Of a DNA stretch of 20,000 nucleotides, positions 1 to 11,705 are shown in pieces. The stretch lies in NCBI GenBank assembly GCA_030248215.1, contig JASANG010004128.1, positions 483,445 to 503,444 of the forward strand, read 5' to 3'. Position 1 is the stretch's first letter; each line of letters begins with the position of its first letter. This stretch comes from Enoplolaimus lenunculus. Lineage: Eukaryota. A program made the position numbers and the translations under genes. The notes under the pieces are model-generated. The model did not search any database, was not told the origin of the DNA, and saw nothing but the letters and a program-made list of their open reading frames with translations.

Positions 1-80
1 ATTTAGGTCTAAGATTAGGCTTAAGTTTAGTCTTAATCATGGACTTAGACTCTGGTTTACGCTTATGCCATGCAGGCAGG
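1..80 (+). repeat. Degenerate TTAGGC/TTAGAC hexamer array, part of a dispersed repeat family
   Basis: 6-bp periodic ttaggt/ttaggc/ttagtc/ttagac. The reverse complement aligns with 7441-7517, including the non-hexamer flank ctgcct..gcataagc. Confidence 0.6.
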
Positions 81-1891
81 TTCGTATAATTTACAAGGCC
101 AGTAAACGGCAAGCGTCAGTAGTGTGCAACTGCAAATTTGAAATTTCCCATTGAAGTTGAAATGAAACCATCAAATACTAATATGCAGTGTTCAAAAGGA
201 AGTTTGCCTCGCTCTTCGGCTCCGACAAAAACATACTTTCAGCTGCGGGAAAATATTTTTTAGGGTTTCTGAGGAATCTGGAGCGAAGTTTGCTGGATTT
301 GTAGAAAAGTTGTACCAATCAGCGAGTATGAACAACTTTTAACTACACGTTGATGATCACTGTTAAAATTTAATAGGTCAGCGTTATTTTGCTCGGTAAC
401 TTTGCTTCCCCTCTGGCTTCACCATTTTCACATCGAGATGCACTTGGAGCCGCAAATATGAACAGCACAATATTTGACATTCTGAGCTACTTCATATAGA
501 AAACTGATTGATTTTGTGACGTCGCTTTGTTGCAAAGTTTGACACCCTCAAAATCTTGTAGTATAAATATTGTTCATTATATATTTCAATTCATTTTCCA
601 TATTCACAACAGTCCAGATCAAACGAAATCGATTTACTTCACATCTCGGACAGGGTAGAAAAAGTGAACAACAAAATTCTTTAAACATGAAAACGGATCA
701 ACTGCGCTGGACGGCCACAAAAAAATCTTTCAAATCTGCCGTAACTTATACAACGCAAATCGTAATGAATAAAGGTATTTCTCTATAAAAGTTTTCGTTA
801 TAAAATATATTCTTCTCCACTGATCAATTTGCATTTCGCTCGAAAAATATAATCGATATGAGACGGTTTTGACAAACTGAAAAAGGTCAAAAATTGCGCG
901 TTAAAAATTAACAATTTTACATCAAGTTTACAAATCAAAGAATATTTCGAATAAAACTGTTGAACAAAATATGAGTTAAAACATAATTTGAAAAAGCCAC
1001 AGCGTTTACTAAATAACCATGCTTCTGTAGAAAATCGTTTTAGTTTGTAAACAATGAAATATTTATTGTCACGATCGTAGTTATCCCTTCATGTACGAGT
1101 CCCAAAAAATTTCCAATGGGACTGGCTCGAAGTTCGCAGCATTTTAAACAGCGAAAAAATATGTGAAGTTTAGGTTAAATATTTTGTCCAGAGAGGGGTA
1201 AAGTATTCCATCCTTATTGCTGACTATAAGTATAGATATTGTAGGCTTAAATATGAGCATGACACTGTGCAAAAATCGATATAAATCATACTGCAACGAT
1301 TCTGATTTGGATATTTTCAAGATTTACTACATACCCAATACAGGCAGATACAATCACCGTAGACAACGTATTACCTTTATCAGAAAAGCCAGTTTTTTGT
1401 GGACGATAAAGTTAAAAAAATAGATTCTAAAAGTTGACTGTAAAAATTGCAGCAGTTAAAAATTCATGCGCTACTACTAGTTATCTGTGGCTTGCGCTTT
1501 ACCTGTCAGAAAATTTGAGCGTTCTCCTGGTATCTATTGAAAATATTCTTCATTGAACACCTGAATTTTATTTTAAAATACTTGGAAAAGCGAAAATAGA
1601 CATACACAATTACATTTGTGTTATTCATGAATTATAACAATACCGAAATAAACACTTGGTCAGTGTATTCAGTTCACAAACACAAACAGCATCTAATGTA
1701 TACGCAGTCACTGTACTTTACTAAAACGCATGAAAATTGAAAACCTAGGCTGAATTTTTAAAGCCAAAAATTTTGAATCAACAAAACTTCGAACGCTCAG
1801 ATGAAAACTGTTTTGGAAAATTATAACTCAAAACTGGTTTAAGAGCTTCACAGACGAAAGCTAAGCTTTATCATCGTTATACAGCACAAAG

Positions 1892-1978
1892 TATATATAC
1901 ATATATATACAGATATAATATATATATAAGATATATATATACATATATATACAGATATAATATATATATATAATATAC
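1892..1978. repeat. (TA)n-rich compound microsatellite
   Basis: Two ~42-bp copies of tatatatacatatatatacagatataatatatatata. Confidence 0.9.
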
Positions 1979-3090
1979 AATGTTTTGCATTTTCCATGTG
2001 TGATATTCTATACAGCTGCGAACTCTTTTGCTATTACCAGCTGAATTTTAGGCTTTATAACGTTGCATACATGGCTGTTTCTAAAAACAAAAGCTATATA
2101 TACAAAATTTGATCTGCTTTGCAGATGTATGTTATTGCGTTATGTTGTTATGCTTTTTCTCATGCCTCTTTTTGAACGTCAAATTTTCGAGGTCAAGCAC
2201 GAACTGTTTTAAACTCATGAAAACTATCGAAGAGTGTAAAATTACTGCTACAACTTTTTCGTTGTTCAAGTAGAAGTACGCTGCCAGAGGGAGCACTCGC
2301 TTATACAAGACCGCTTCGTCTCTATTACTGAAAAATTATTTAGACCGTGTTAAAACAATTCTGTGCTAGGTAATTCTCCCTTGACCCCTCTGTAATCTTC
2401 TGACCACTTCGGCTAATAATTCTTTTGTTTGGGGGTATTATATCCTAAGTAAAGTCATATATAAGTACAAATTTTGTACATCGATTTGCGATTTATTCGC
2501 AGCGGTAATTATTAACTGAATAATATATAACGCGACCAAAACATTATATCTGTCTTGCCTTATTTGATTATTCGTACCTACATATTGATCGCCGTTTCGT
2601 ACTACAGAATCATTGAAACACGGTAGTGTTTTCAATATATGTTTCAAGCCTCGAGAATACACGATTTTTGAAAGTTTTACAGAATGTTCTCTAGAGGAAA
2701 GCAAAGCTGCAATGAGGTAACTTACATATAGAATATACTAATTAGCCACTTCGACACCATACACAATTTTGCCGGCTAAACGTCTCGTTTAAGCTGTTAT
2801 TTAACGTTTGATTTTTGTTAGTTTTACAAAAAACTTGTATTAGAAATATTTATTACCATAGCTAGTCGAAATTAATTTTGGATGCTAGGATTGTGGGATG
2901 CTAGTGACACCGTGCAATAGATTACGTGTCACTTTGTAGTCTGTTGTACTGAAATTGCTACTAAGCTGCTTTTTGGGGGATTACAATGGAGCACGTGTAC
3001 GCTTTATACTAATATTTTGTTTAGGCTTAGGCGTACGCTTAGGAGTAGACTTAGCATAAAATCTCACCGTATCCCATGTAAAAGAAAGAA

Positions 3091-3996
3091 ACTAGGTAAA
3101 AGTGCCCCTAGAGGGGACAGATTGTGATATGTTTCGCTTGAAGCACGTAAAAGAGTTTAAAGAAGGGTTAGTTAGACCATAGATCAGTAGGTAATGTTTA
3201 TAATATTAGCTCCATAACTTCTATGAAAATAGTTGTCATCTATATCTTTGACGGCTGTCTTTCAGGATTAACACGCTTGCGGTCAGTGAAACAAGAAACA
3301 TATGGGCCCTACGAACTTTCATCTGTTAAGCTATAAATTGACACTACGGGTTTTCAAGGCGTTCTAAAGTACAACTCCAAACATGCAGTTGCTTTTTAAA
3401 AGTTAACTCAATTGAGAGCCAGCAGAACATGTTGTTTGAAATATTTAGCAACGTGGAGGGGTTTCTGGGGGGGAGCCCAAAACGCCCCTAAAACACAATT
3501 TGGAAAAGTTTCTCGACTTCACATCATCAAATAGTCGTGGTAAAGATAGCTAAAATATTCGAGCACGTATGCGTGACATTTTTTATTCGATAATCAATAG
3601 ACGCAATTTGTAATCTTGCAATATTGAAATATTTACTAATCAAGTTTTAGAAACATATTATTTTAAAACTCAAAAAATATCCTCTTCCAGCGAAGAATGC
3701 TAGATTAGATCACTTATAAATTAAACATTGTAAAACCCAACAAACGCTAAAATTAAGCTGATAGGTGATGTCCGCTGGGCCCATATGTTTCTTGTTTCAC
3801 TGACCGCAAGCGTGTTAACACTGAAAGACAGCCGTCAAAGATACAGATGACAACTATTTTCATAGAAGTTATGGAGCTAATATTATAAACATTACCTACT
3901 GATCTATGGTCTAACTAACCCTTGTTTAAACTCTTTTTACATGCTTCAAGCGAAACATATCACAATCTGTCCATTCTAGGGGCACTTTTATCTAGT
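3091..3996. mobile_element. 906-bp foldback/MITE-like element with ~219-bp terminal inverted repeats
   Basis: 3091-3309 is the reverse complement of 3777-3996 (about 8 substitutions and 1 indel by eye). Weaker complementarity continues inward to ~3360/3725. Termini are ACTAG...CTAGT with no clear TSD. Confidence 0.93.
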
Positions 3997-4239
3997 ATAA
4001 TTAAATACCCGCAAATTCTGATAAAACCACAATTTTATAAATATAACCAAACGCCGCTCATTATTACTTAGCCGGTGTGAAAAACGTTAATTACAAAACA
4101 TTGTCAAATTTGAACACACGGATTTTGAAACGCAACCTGTACGCAATTTAAGAGCTGAAATAAGCAATTATTTATATACTCTAACAATTTCACTACATTC
4201 TTATAAATAGTTGTGCAAAGGTAACATTATGTTTGTCCA

Positions 4240-4382
4240 CAGTGCCGGAGCACACAGGGATACGAGCGAGAAGCCAATACGCAATTTAAAACTTCGGCGG
4301 TTTTTGTTTCGACCGGTTATGGTACGCGCCCTTCAGGGGAGGCCTCCAAATGGTGGTATGGGGAGCGGCTGCGCCGGCCCTG
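4240..4382. mobile_element. hAT-type MITE (143 bp)
   Basis: TIRs CAGTGCCGGAGCA / TGCGCCGGCCCTG (11/13). Imperfect 8-bp TSD TTTGTCCA / TTTGTCAT. Confidence 0.75.
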
Positions 4383-4842
4383 TTTGTCATAAATGGCGCC
4401 CTTCAGCTGTATTGGTCACAAAAAACTTTCAAAAAAGCGATAAAATTGTAACAGAAAAATTTAATAAAATTTTTAAAAAACATAATAAAAGAAACAAATA
4501 CATTAACATAACAAATATAACACACGATGGTCACTCATATCTTAAACTATTGAAGACGGAACGCACTTTTATAAACATGATTGCAACGAAAAATATAAAC
4601 GACAAGGCGTTTTTGCTCTAGTTTTACATTTTGAAATGCGGTGATGCAAACATGATGAGTTGAGTTTTAGTCATTGGACAAAGAAAAGTAGTTCGCATTC
4701 TATAAACGATTTGCTAGAAAACATGATGTTATTGCTTAAAGCACGGTCTGACAACCATTCAACGTGTTTTGAGTCGCGTAAAACATTTATTTTAAGCGTA
4801 AGACGAACCCTAATATTTTCCTTGCCGACAAATACTCAGAGT

Positions 4843-5010
4843 CAGTGGGATCCAGGATTACAAAATTGGGGGGGGGGCAAAATTTCATAGGTAATAAACT
4901 AATTTTTTCACCCACACACAAACCACGAACTATTGCCATAAAATTGCTATATAATTTTTGTCGAGATGCTGTTGGGGGGGCACGGGGTGGCCCCCATGGA
5001 TCCGCCATTG
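4843..5010. mobile_element. hAT-type MITE (168 bp, CAGTGGCGGATCC family)
   Basis: TIRs CAGTGG-GATCCA / TGGATCCGCCATTG. Perfect 8-bp TSD CTCAGAGT (4835-4842 / 5011-5018). Internal G-runs. Confidence 0.92.
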
Positions 5011-7440
5011 CTCAGAGTACAGTGAGACAAGTGTATTGACCTATGGAACAACAGAATTTTTGAAGGAAAATATAATCATATATTAGATAAATCATGCTGC
5101 GTTTATAAGTCCGTATCCTTTGTCTGCCAGCGCCAGGCCCGTCTTCGGCCTTCAACCAGAGGGTTTGGGGGCGCTAATCACGTCCCGATGCATCTTCAAA
5201 TTATAAAAAAGAAATCGTGTTCTGACCGTATAAATTTTAAATGTTTATGAAGGTTAAGCGAGCACAACCAAAAACATCTCACTTTCACAATGACACTGTT
5301 TAAGCGAAATATATAGTAACAGATCTGCACAATAGCTGTTTATTTTCAATAGATATATAACCTTATGCGGACAATTTCAGAAAAATGTTGGTCTAAAATT
5401 TAATTCAAAATCGATTTGCCTCCTGCTATCCGAATATGTCGCACAAACCACTGGATTATTATATATTCAAGAAAACTTAGAACCACAAACAAACAAGTAT
5501 ACAAAGCATACATAGAAACAATCCATTCTTAAATACGAAACACACACGAGCGATGTGGATATATGTATTTTGACCGTTTTGGCGATGCATTGTTCTCCTC
5601 CAAAAAGAAATCGTTTGAAATTTTAAATTTTTAAAAATCTTTATTCTGTCTCTCACGCGTACGACACTGCGACAACAATCTTGCCGGGGCGATTTTCTTC
5701 AATTCAAAAATCGAATTACAAATACGAAAATTTTCAAAAGTTTAAAAGCGAACGTTGTTTTTTTTTTGCGAGCGAGCACATTTTGTCATAACAATGAGCA
5801 TCATCATCGTAGTCGTTTTTATACTGCATTTTTACTGTTACCTCGTTTTACAATTTATGAGGGCGCGACATTTGCGTGAGATAAACGTTACAGAACGACG
5901 TTAGTCGAGCGGTAAGGTATAGGCGACCTATAGGCATAACTTGGTTTTAATTCAAGTTTACAAATATACACAGACATGTTAACAAAGACAACAATGAGAA
6001 ATTTTACGCTGTTGAATCGGCTTTCCAATTCTGTTAATATTTGACTAGCAATTTACTATCGGTTTTTCAGAATTCGAACTGCTTAACGTTGGGTTTTGAA
6101 AACGAATATATTTTGAAATTTGTTATATATTAAACTTGCTTATTAAAACATGTACACAACACACTAAACTTTGCACTGCAAACATGTTCAGCAACTTTGG
6201 AACCGCCTCCCTTTTATACGCAGAACATATTTCGTGATCATTTTATTGCCAAAAAGTATTCTGATTGGCCATCTCCTTATTTCTTAGATATTCAGATGAG
6301 TAAGTTACCAATCATTTACGTTTTATTAGATCGGAACAAAAATAGACAAATAGTATAAAACCGTTTAAATTTGAAGATCAACGGCATACGGTATTGATTT
6401 TTAATATCTTTCAGACAACGTTTATCCTTAGTGATCCGAATAAGAGGAGGAGTTGCTTCGGTTCAATCATTTTCTTACTCTAAGTACGCTAATTGACATA
6501 TATGGTCTCTAATTTGATATTTAGATTCGTATTCAGTCAGAATCAAACCAGGAATTCTCCCACTCATGACTCGTATCCCGTGACCATTATTCGGGTCGGG
6601 TTACTGCAGTAGTTGTGAAAAATTGCGACAAGAAGAACATTACTTTACCATTTAAAATTTGTAATATTTAATAACTCATAAGTGAAATTAAGCTCAACCA
6701 AACAATGTTTATAGAGAATAATTAACATAGTAAATACGAACCGTATAAGATGTATTCAACATTTTAAATGTGTTCACACACCGCGTGCAAATCGGATAAT
6801 GTAAAGCAATGGAACCCAGTGGCGTGACTGCAGCGTGGTGCCCCCAACAAAAAATTTGAAGGCTCTAAAATCAATAAGCCTCCTGCCGAGTTTTTGAAGA
6901 CCTAGCTCGAGGTCGCGGCTTGTGTATCCGTGCGTCATCGGCTGTGAGATGGGAAAAGCAACGCTTAATAATGGTCGGGGGAAACTCGCGAGCGAGAAAC
7001 AAAATAAACCCGAAACGCAATGCCTAAACTGAATTGCATCGAAGGAGCAAATTTTTTGAAATCGCATGATGGATCGGTGTTGCTGGAATGCCGCAGGTGT
7101 CCAGTCGTAATTACGTGGATCAGCTGAAAAAGCCTGCCTTAAAAAGAATCAGTTGAATACAATTTCGCGTTCGGTGTGGCGCTCGGTAAACGAGATGTAT
7201 TTTTGGTATTGATTCCAGTGTTAAACTTCTGGAGCGGGCCAATTTGATTGAATAGGTATTAAAACAGTACGTTTGAACAACTCGGGAGTGCATTGACCGA
7301 GACACAAGACGATAGTTTTGACAAGCTAAAATTTTGGTGCAAAAATCCTTATTTTAAAACGTTGTGAAAGTCCTCTGGGTCTGAAACAACCCAATTTCCC
7401 CATTTATTGTTTGTGGGGACGTTAAGCACGGTACTGTAGG

Positions 7441-7518
7441 AGTCTGCCTACTAAGCATAAGCCTAAGCTTAAGTCTAAACCTATAGGTCTAATACTAGCT
7501 TTGAGTTAAGCCTAAACT
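7441..7518 (-). repeat. Degenerate (GCCTAA)n array, same family as 1-80
   Basis: ctgcctactaagcataagcctaagcttaagtctaaacc...ttaagcctaaac. Related shorter arrays at 3021-3056 and ~9840-9890. Confidence 0.6.
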
Positions 7519-7533
7519 ATCCCTTCTTTATTA

Positions 7534-7933
7534 CAGAGTGGAACTGAACTACGAGTACCTGCAGGTAAACGCGGGTCGGGTAAAAAACTTCAGACGATAG
7601 TCAACCCGCGAATAAAGATTTGTATCACATGGGTCAAAAATTACCAGTCTCTCCGCGCCTATATAAGGCATTATTCGGAGGTTTTTACTTGGGTTAATTG
7701 ATAATTTGGTTGCTTTTGATAATAAACTTCATGTGTAATTTCATGATAGCGTAATAACGAAAACATAGCCGTAAGGATTCTTTAAAAATACTGCTATCAA
7801 TTTAGGCGCGGGGAAATGAAGGTGGCGGGTAGAACTTTTTAGCGCGGAGTGGACTCGCGAGTAAATACTGTTTAACCGCATTGATAAAGCGCGGGTAAAG
7901 TATAGAAAAATCCTTTCCCGAATATACACTCTG
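7534..7933. mobile_element. Degenerate hAT-like MITE with subterminal (A)CCCGCGGGT motifs
   Basis: Terminal CAGAGTG / CACTCTG. Repeated gcgggt/acccgcg-like motifs near both ends. TSD not preserved. Confidence 0.5.
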
Positions 7934-9363
7934 CACACCCATAGTATCGCTGGCTGTTAGAGGGCAGGCCGTTTCCCTTATACTTGACATGGGATGGGCC
8001 CGCATAACTTTTAGCTTTTAGGAGGTACGTTTCGGTTTTCCCCGTCAATATTGACCTGGCAAATTATACGATTCAAAATGCTTACAATTCACAATTAATT
8101 TTTTACTTAGGTTTTCGCTGGATTGTATATAGATAGTTTTGAGAACATATTTTTAGGGTTTTGAGTTTACTGAATTTGGAAAACAGTTAATATGAAAGTT
8201 GAATTTTAACACCGTGCTAGAACTACCGGTGCCAAAAAAACTGACAAAATTAATTTTTGATATTTTTCGTAGTTGAGGCGAGTCAAAACTTCTTGGTTGA
8301 GTATGGTTTAACATTTGAGTTCAATGAAATGGCTAACAGTAGGCTTTTACAGTTAATGATTACAGATTGAAATCAATAATTTACCGCAAAATCAACGCAT
8401 AACATGAAACGCAACAATGATTTTGAAACGAGCTGTTACGTTTTATCAAATTTCCAATCAAGCACATGCGTTTCCAAGTATTGGACAAAAATCACGGAAG
8501 AGTGAATAAGGTAAAAAACCAACAAAACAAGTACTATAGTGCACAATACGGTTTGGTCAAATCAAGGCTTTTTCGGCGTATAACAGGAGTTAAACTAAAA
8601 TTACTATTTATCCCGTGCCAAGTGAAATTCAACTTTGATCAGTTTTAAAAACCGGACTCATTAAATAAACTTACTCGAAAGTTCCAACGCTATTTCGCAC
8701 TATAGCTGGATCCAAGATTAACAAAATTCAATTTATTTTAACGACAGTTGTATTTATATACCAAATAGCGCCGTAAAGAACTGGACTGAATCATAGCATT
8801 TGTGCTGGTTTCAGAAGTCTTCTTCCAGTTAATATTCTGTGATGTCAGACCAAAAACAATTAAACTGTTTTACGACCAGTAAAATTGGCAAAGTTTTATG
8901 AGGTGTGCGCCAAAAACGACTCTTTTTTACTTTCATTCCACCGGTTAAAACCTAGGTGGTTGCGCCACCAGCCCGAATCCTACGTATGGTCCTCGTAAAT
9001 TCCGATAAGTTCAGGCCGGAAGCCCTAATGAACCCAACTAAAAAGATTGTTTCAACGTTGGGAGAAGGTAGTGTTCCCTCAAGGAGCGTAAGTTTGTTGT
9101 AGAAACTACATAGCTTTTATGATCCCCGTCCCTTATTGATGTACACTGTTGCAAATATAGATGGACACTAACTGCATAACACTAAGCCAAATAACATAGA
9201 TACCTGACACAAAAACGGACAGTAATCAAAAACATGAGTAAACCGAAAAAAGGATATCAACTGTAAAGTTCTAAAAATAGCTTTAAGCCCTATTCACACG
9301 TCAAGTTTCTGCATCAGAAACTTGCACGTGCAACTTACATGTGTAAGTGCAAAAAAGGTTTAA

Positions 9364-9626
9364 CCCTTTCTCACATGAATATTTGCATTTTCACATGAGA
9401 TGTAATTTCAAGGTGAGATTCGAACCCCAGTCTCACGGGTGGGAGCCGTGTACGATGACCACTGAGCTACAGGAGATTGACGCTCGAGCTTGAAGGGGCT
9501 CTCACATCTTGTGGAGATTTTACACTGCGCATATAGGTTATAAATTTTAAACACTGCTCACAGTGCGTGTATTGCTCGTACATTATTGTATTTAGTTGAT
9601 CATAGTATACTCTATGAGTTAAAGGG
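9364..9626. mobile_element. piggyBac-type MITE, copy 1 (263 bp), carrying a tRNA-like cassette
   Basis: TTAA|CCCTTT...AAAGGG|TTAA (TSD 9360-9363 / 9627-9630). Colinear with 19285-19547 without indels (~87% identity by eye). Confidence 0.93.
9405..9476 (-). pseudogene. tRNA-Gly(CCC)-like / SINE-head sequence inside piggyBac MITE copy 1
   Basis: Minus strand has an A box TAGCTCAGTGG, a perfect anticodon arm CACGG-CT CCC AC-CCGTG, and a B box GGTTCGAATC. The acceptor stem does not pair, so it is not a functional tRNA. Confidence 0.75.
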
Positions 9627-9944
9627 TTAAAGTTATTCCAGCTGCAAATTATCCACTAGAATTCATGCTGTTAAATTTAAACCGCACGTGTGAATGCAGT
9701 TCTAAATTCGCTTGATTGTTTTGCACCTACATTTTGATTGGCCAATTGACAACTGTGTTGCTGATCGGTTCCGGGGCGGGAGGGATTTCAGTGGAACTGC
9801 AATAGAGTAAGCTTACCTTTTAGAATAACTTTCGTACCTCAGTCTAATGCTAAGGTACAGGCTTATACTTACGCCTAGACTTAAGCTTAAAAACATGTTT
9901 ACACTACGGCTACGGCCCCCCTGATTTATACATTGCAAGTTGAA

Positions 9945-10245
9945 GCTGGAGGTGAAAAATACCGGAGTCAGAGGTCAACAAAATTTGCCGGAACCGGGAA
10001 TGAAGCGAAATTGGGTAGTTAAAATAATATTGAATGCAGCGAAATGTCAAAAAATAGGTTCAAGTCTTATTTTTATGAAAATCTGACAATTAACTTGGGA
10101 AAATTGTACCAAAAACGAACGATACTATTTTTCCAGAACTATTGAAGATTTTAGTAGTGAAATTGCCGGAACGTCAGGCAAAAATTCTACCAAAGTCAAA
10201 TCCAATTTTGTGCCAGATCCGGAGGCAGACCTTCGGTTGTACCCC
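9945..10245. mobile_element. Old degenerate relative of the 15047-15442 ACCGGA hAT MITE
   Basis: tgccagatccggaggcagaccttcggttgtaccc (10211-10244) aligns with the right end tgccggaaccggaaccggaattccggttgcaccc. ggaggtgaaaaataccgg and aaaatttgccggaaccgg lie near 9948-9997. Left TIR and TSD not found. Confidence 0.55.
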
Positions 10246-10493
10246 AATACATTGCACATAATCTATAAAATTTTGCCGAATTATATTTTTGATCGCGGTC
10301 TTGAAAAATCTCAACAATGGTGCCCGATCTCAAAACAAGCTCAGTGAAAGGTGCAACTTTAGAGAAAATTGAAACTATTTTGCTGTCAAAACTAGCCAAT
10401 GTATAGCACAGGGGCTCCCCATATTCCAAGGTGGAAAACTTATAACCAGGAGTGCAGCGCAGGCACTCCTGTATGACGGCTAGATATTACGCA

Positions 10494-10786
10494 GGTTTGG
10501 TAGGAAAATTCACAAGCATATTAATATTTGCTAAAAAATCCAAAAGTGAAAAATTCAGACTGCTGAATTTTCCGTAGTTTGGTAGGGAAAGGTTTTCTCT
10601 AGGTGTGGTAGAGAAGGAACAGTTTGGTTGGTTTGCCTCGACAAATGGGGTGTGTGGACTCAGGCCAAGGTATTAAACTCCAAAATTTTCCCGGCCAAAT
10701 TATGCCTGTGATTGTTACTACCAAACCAGCGGAATTCCCTGCCGTGATACAGCAGCCGCTCCGCTTCAGAATTTTCCTACCAAACC
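10494..10786. mobile_element. ~293-bp MITE-like element with inverted ends and subterminal GTTTGGTAGG repeats
   Basis: Perfect 17-bp inverted repeat GGTTTGGTAGGAAAATT (10494-10510 / 10770-10786), extending to 22/24. Direct copies at ~10577, 10601, 10621 and inverted copies at ~10686, 10715. No TSD found. Confidence 0.7.
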
Positions 10787-10809
10787 ATGAAAAAGTTAGG
10801 CGTTTTGTG

Positions 10810-11705
10810 GCAATTGGAAAAACTTATCTGCGTTTTTCTTGTCTATAATTCAGTTTCAAGAAAGTTCAAACTGTGTATAACTGTTATAGGACGTACCAAG
10901 GTTTCAACGTAACACTGTTTCTGACTCCGATTCCAACAAACGTTGATTTTGGTAAAAACCATGTTATATGTAGACTCAAGCCGTAGGAATGTAAGATTAA
11001 ATATGAAATGGTGTAAAATTTTATTTTATGCTACTATAGAAATGATTTAAACATACCAGCTTTTAGAACTGCTGAATGCACAGTTGGTTAACGCGGATTG
11101 GTTATCAATTCCTAAAGGCTTATAGTCACGGAGTGGAAATTTTTTACTCCGAGAGTCATATTTCTCAAGTACGGCAGGGTACAGATAAAGAAGTATAGGC
11201 GTTTTAGAGTATAGTGACGAGGACTCAATTTTTTCTGAGCCTGTAGCACCTCTCAACGGCCAGGTTGCGAGTGATACGAAACGTATGGAAGCAAATAATC
11301 AAAATGTAGTGCAGTTAGTCACAGTTGTGAGAGATTTAGCAATAACGGATGGTTTTGATCAAATCTCGCAACGCTTCCGTTTAGAGGCTGATACAGACTT
11401 GGTCGCCTCGTTTTAATGAAGAGATTTAGCTGGTTTTGACTTTAACACTTGGATTGAGATTTTTAATACATATTGCAACGCTATGTTGTAGCTATTTTCG
11501 CAGGAGCACAAAAATAATCGAGGGATAGGGTGACAATTGGACAAACTAATCTGCGCTTTTCTTGTTCATAATTCTGTTTAAAAAAAATTCAAATTAAGAG
11601 TATAACTGTTATAGTAAGTACCAGGGTTTCAATTCCGACAAATGGTGATTTTGGCAAAAACCTTAAGGTGACTTTATGATATATCAAAATGTTAAAATTT
11701 TAATA
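10810..11705 (+). repeat. Diverged direct repeat pair (~10810-11025 and ~11533-11705), spacing ~720 bp
   Basis: Shared blocks caattgga.aaact.atctgcg.ttttcttgt, tataactgttatag, gtacca.ggtttcaa, attcc.acaaa..tgattttgg.aaaaacc and atat.aaa....taaaatttta. Confidence 0.8.

Larger units (their letters stand above)
9286..9702. mobile_element. Older MITE (PIF/Harbinger-like by terminal motif) interrupted by piggyBac MITE copy 1
   Basis: Inverted ATTCACACGT (9292-9301) / ACGTGTGAAT (9686-9695), with TAA/TTA just outside both ends. Internal hairpin CAAGTTTCTG-cat-CAGAAACTTG at 9302-9324. Confidence 0.6.

Noticed and set aside
1503..1560. Exon-like segment on the - strand (cag|...|gtaaag)
   Set aside because: Stops in all three frames and no linkable neighbouring exons.
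2683..2716. Exon-like segment on the + strand (ttttacag|...|gtaact)
   Set aside because: Too short and isolated, with no supporting gene model.
4211..5039. ORF-track proteins of 64-136 aa
   Set aside because: They run through hAT MITEs and AT-rich filler, and show no splice context or recognisable domain.
8205..8962. Possible old piggyBac-like element (ttaacac..ctagaactacc start)
   Set aside because: The right TIR and TTAA target could not be convincingly matched.
9405..9476. Functional tRNA-Gly gene
   Set aside because: The acceptor stem does not pair, the T-stem is imperfect, and it is embedded in a repeated transposon.
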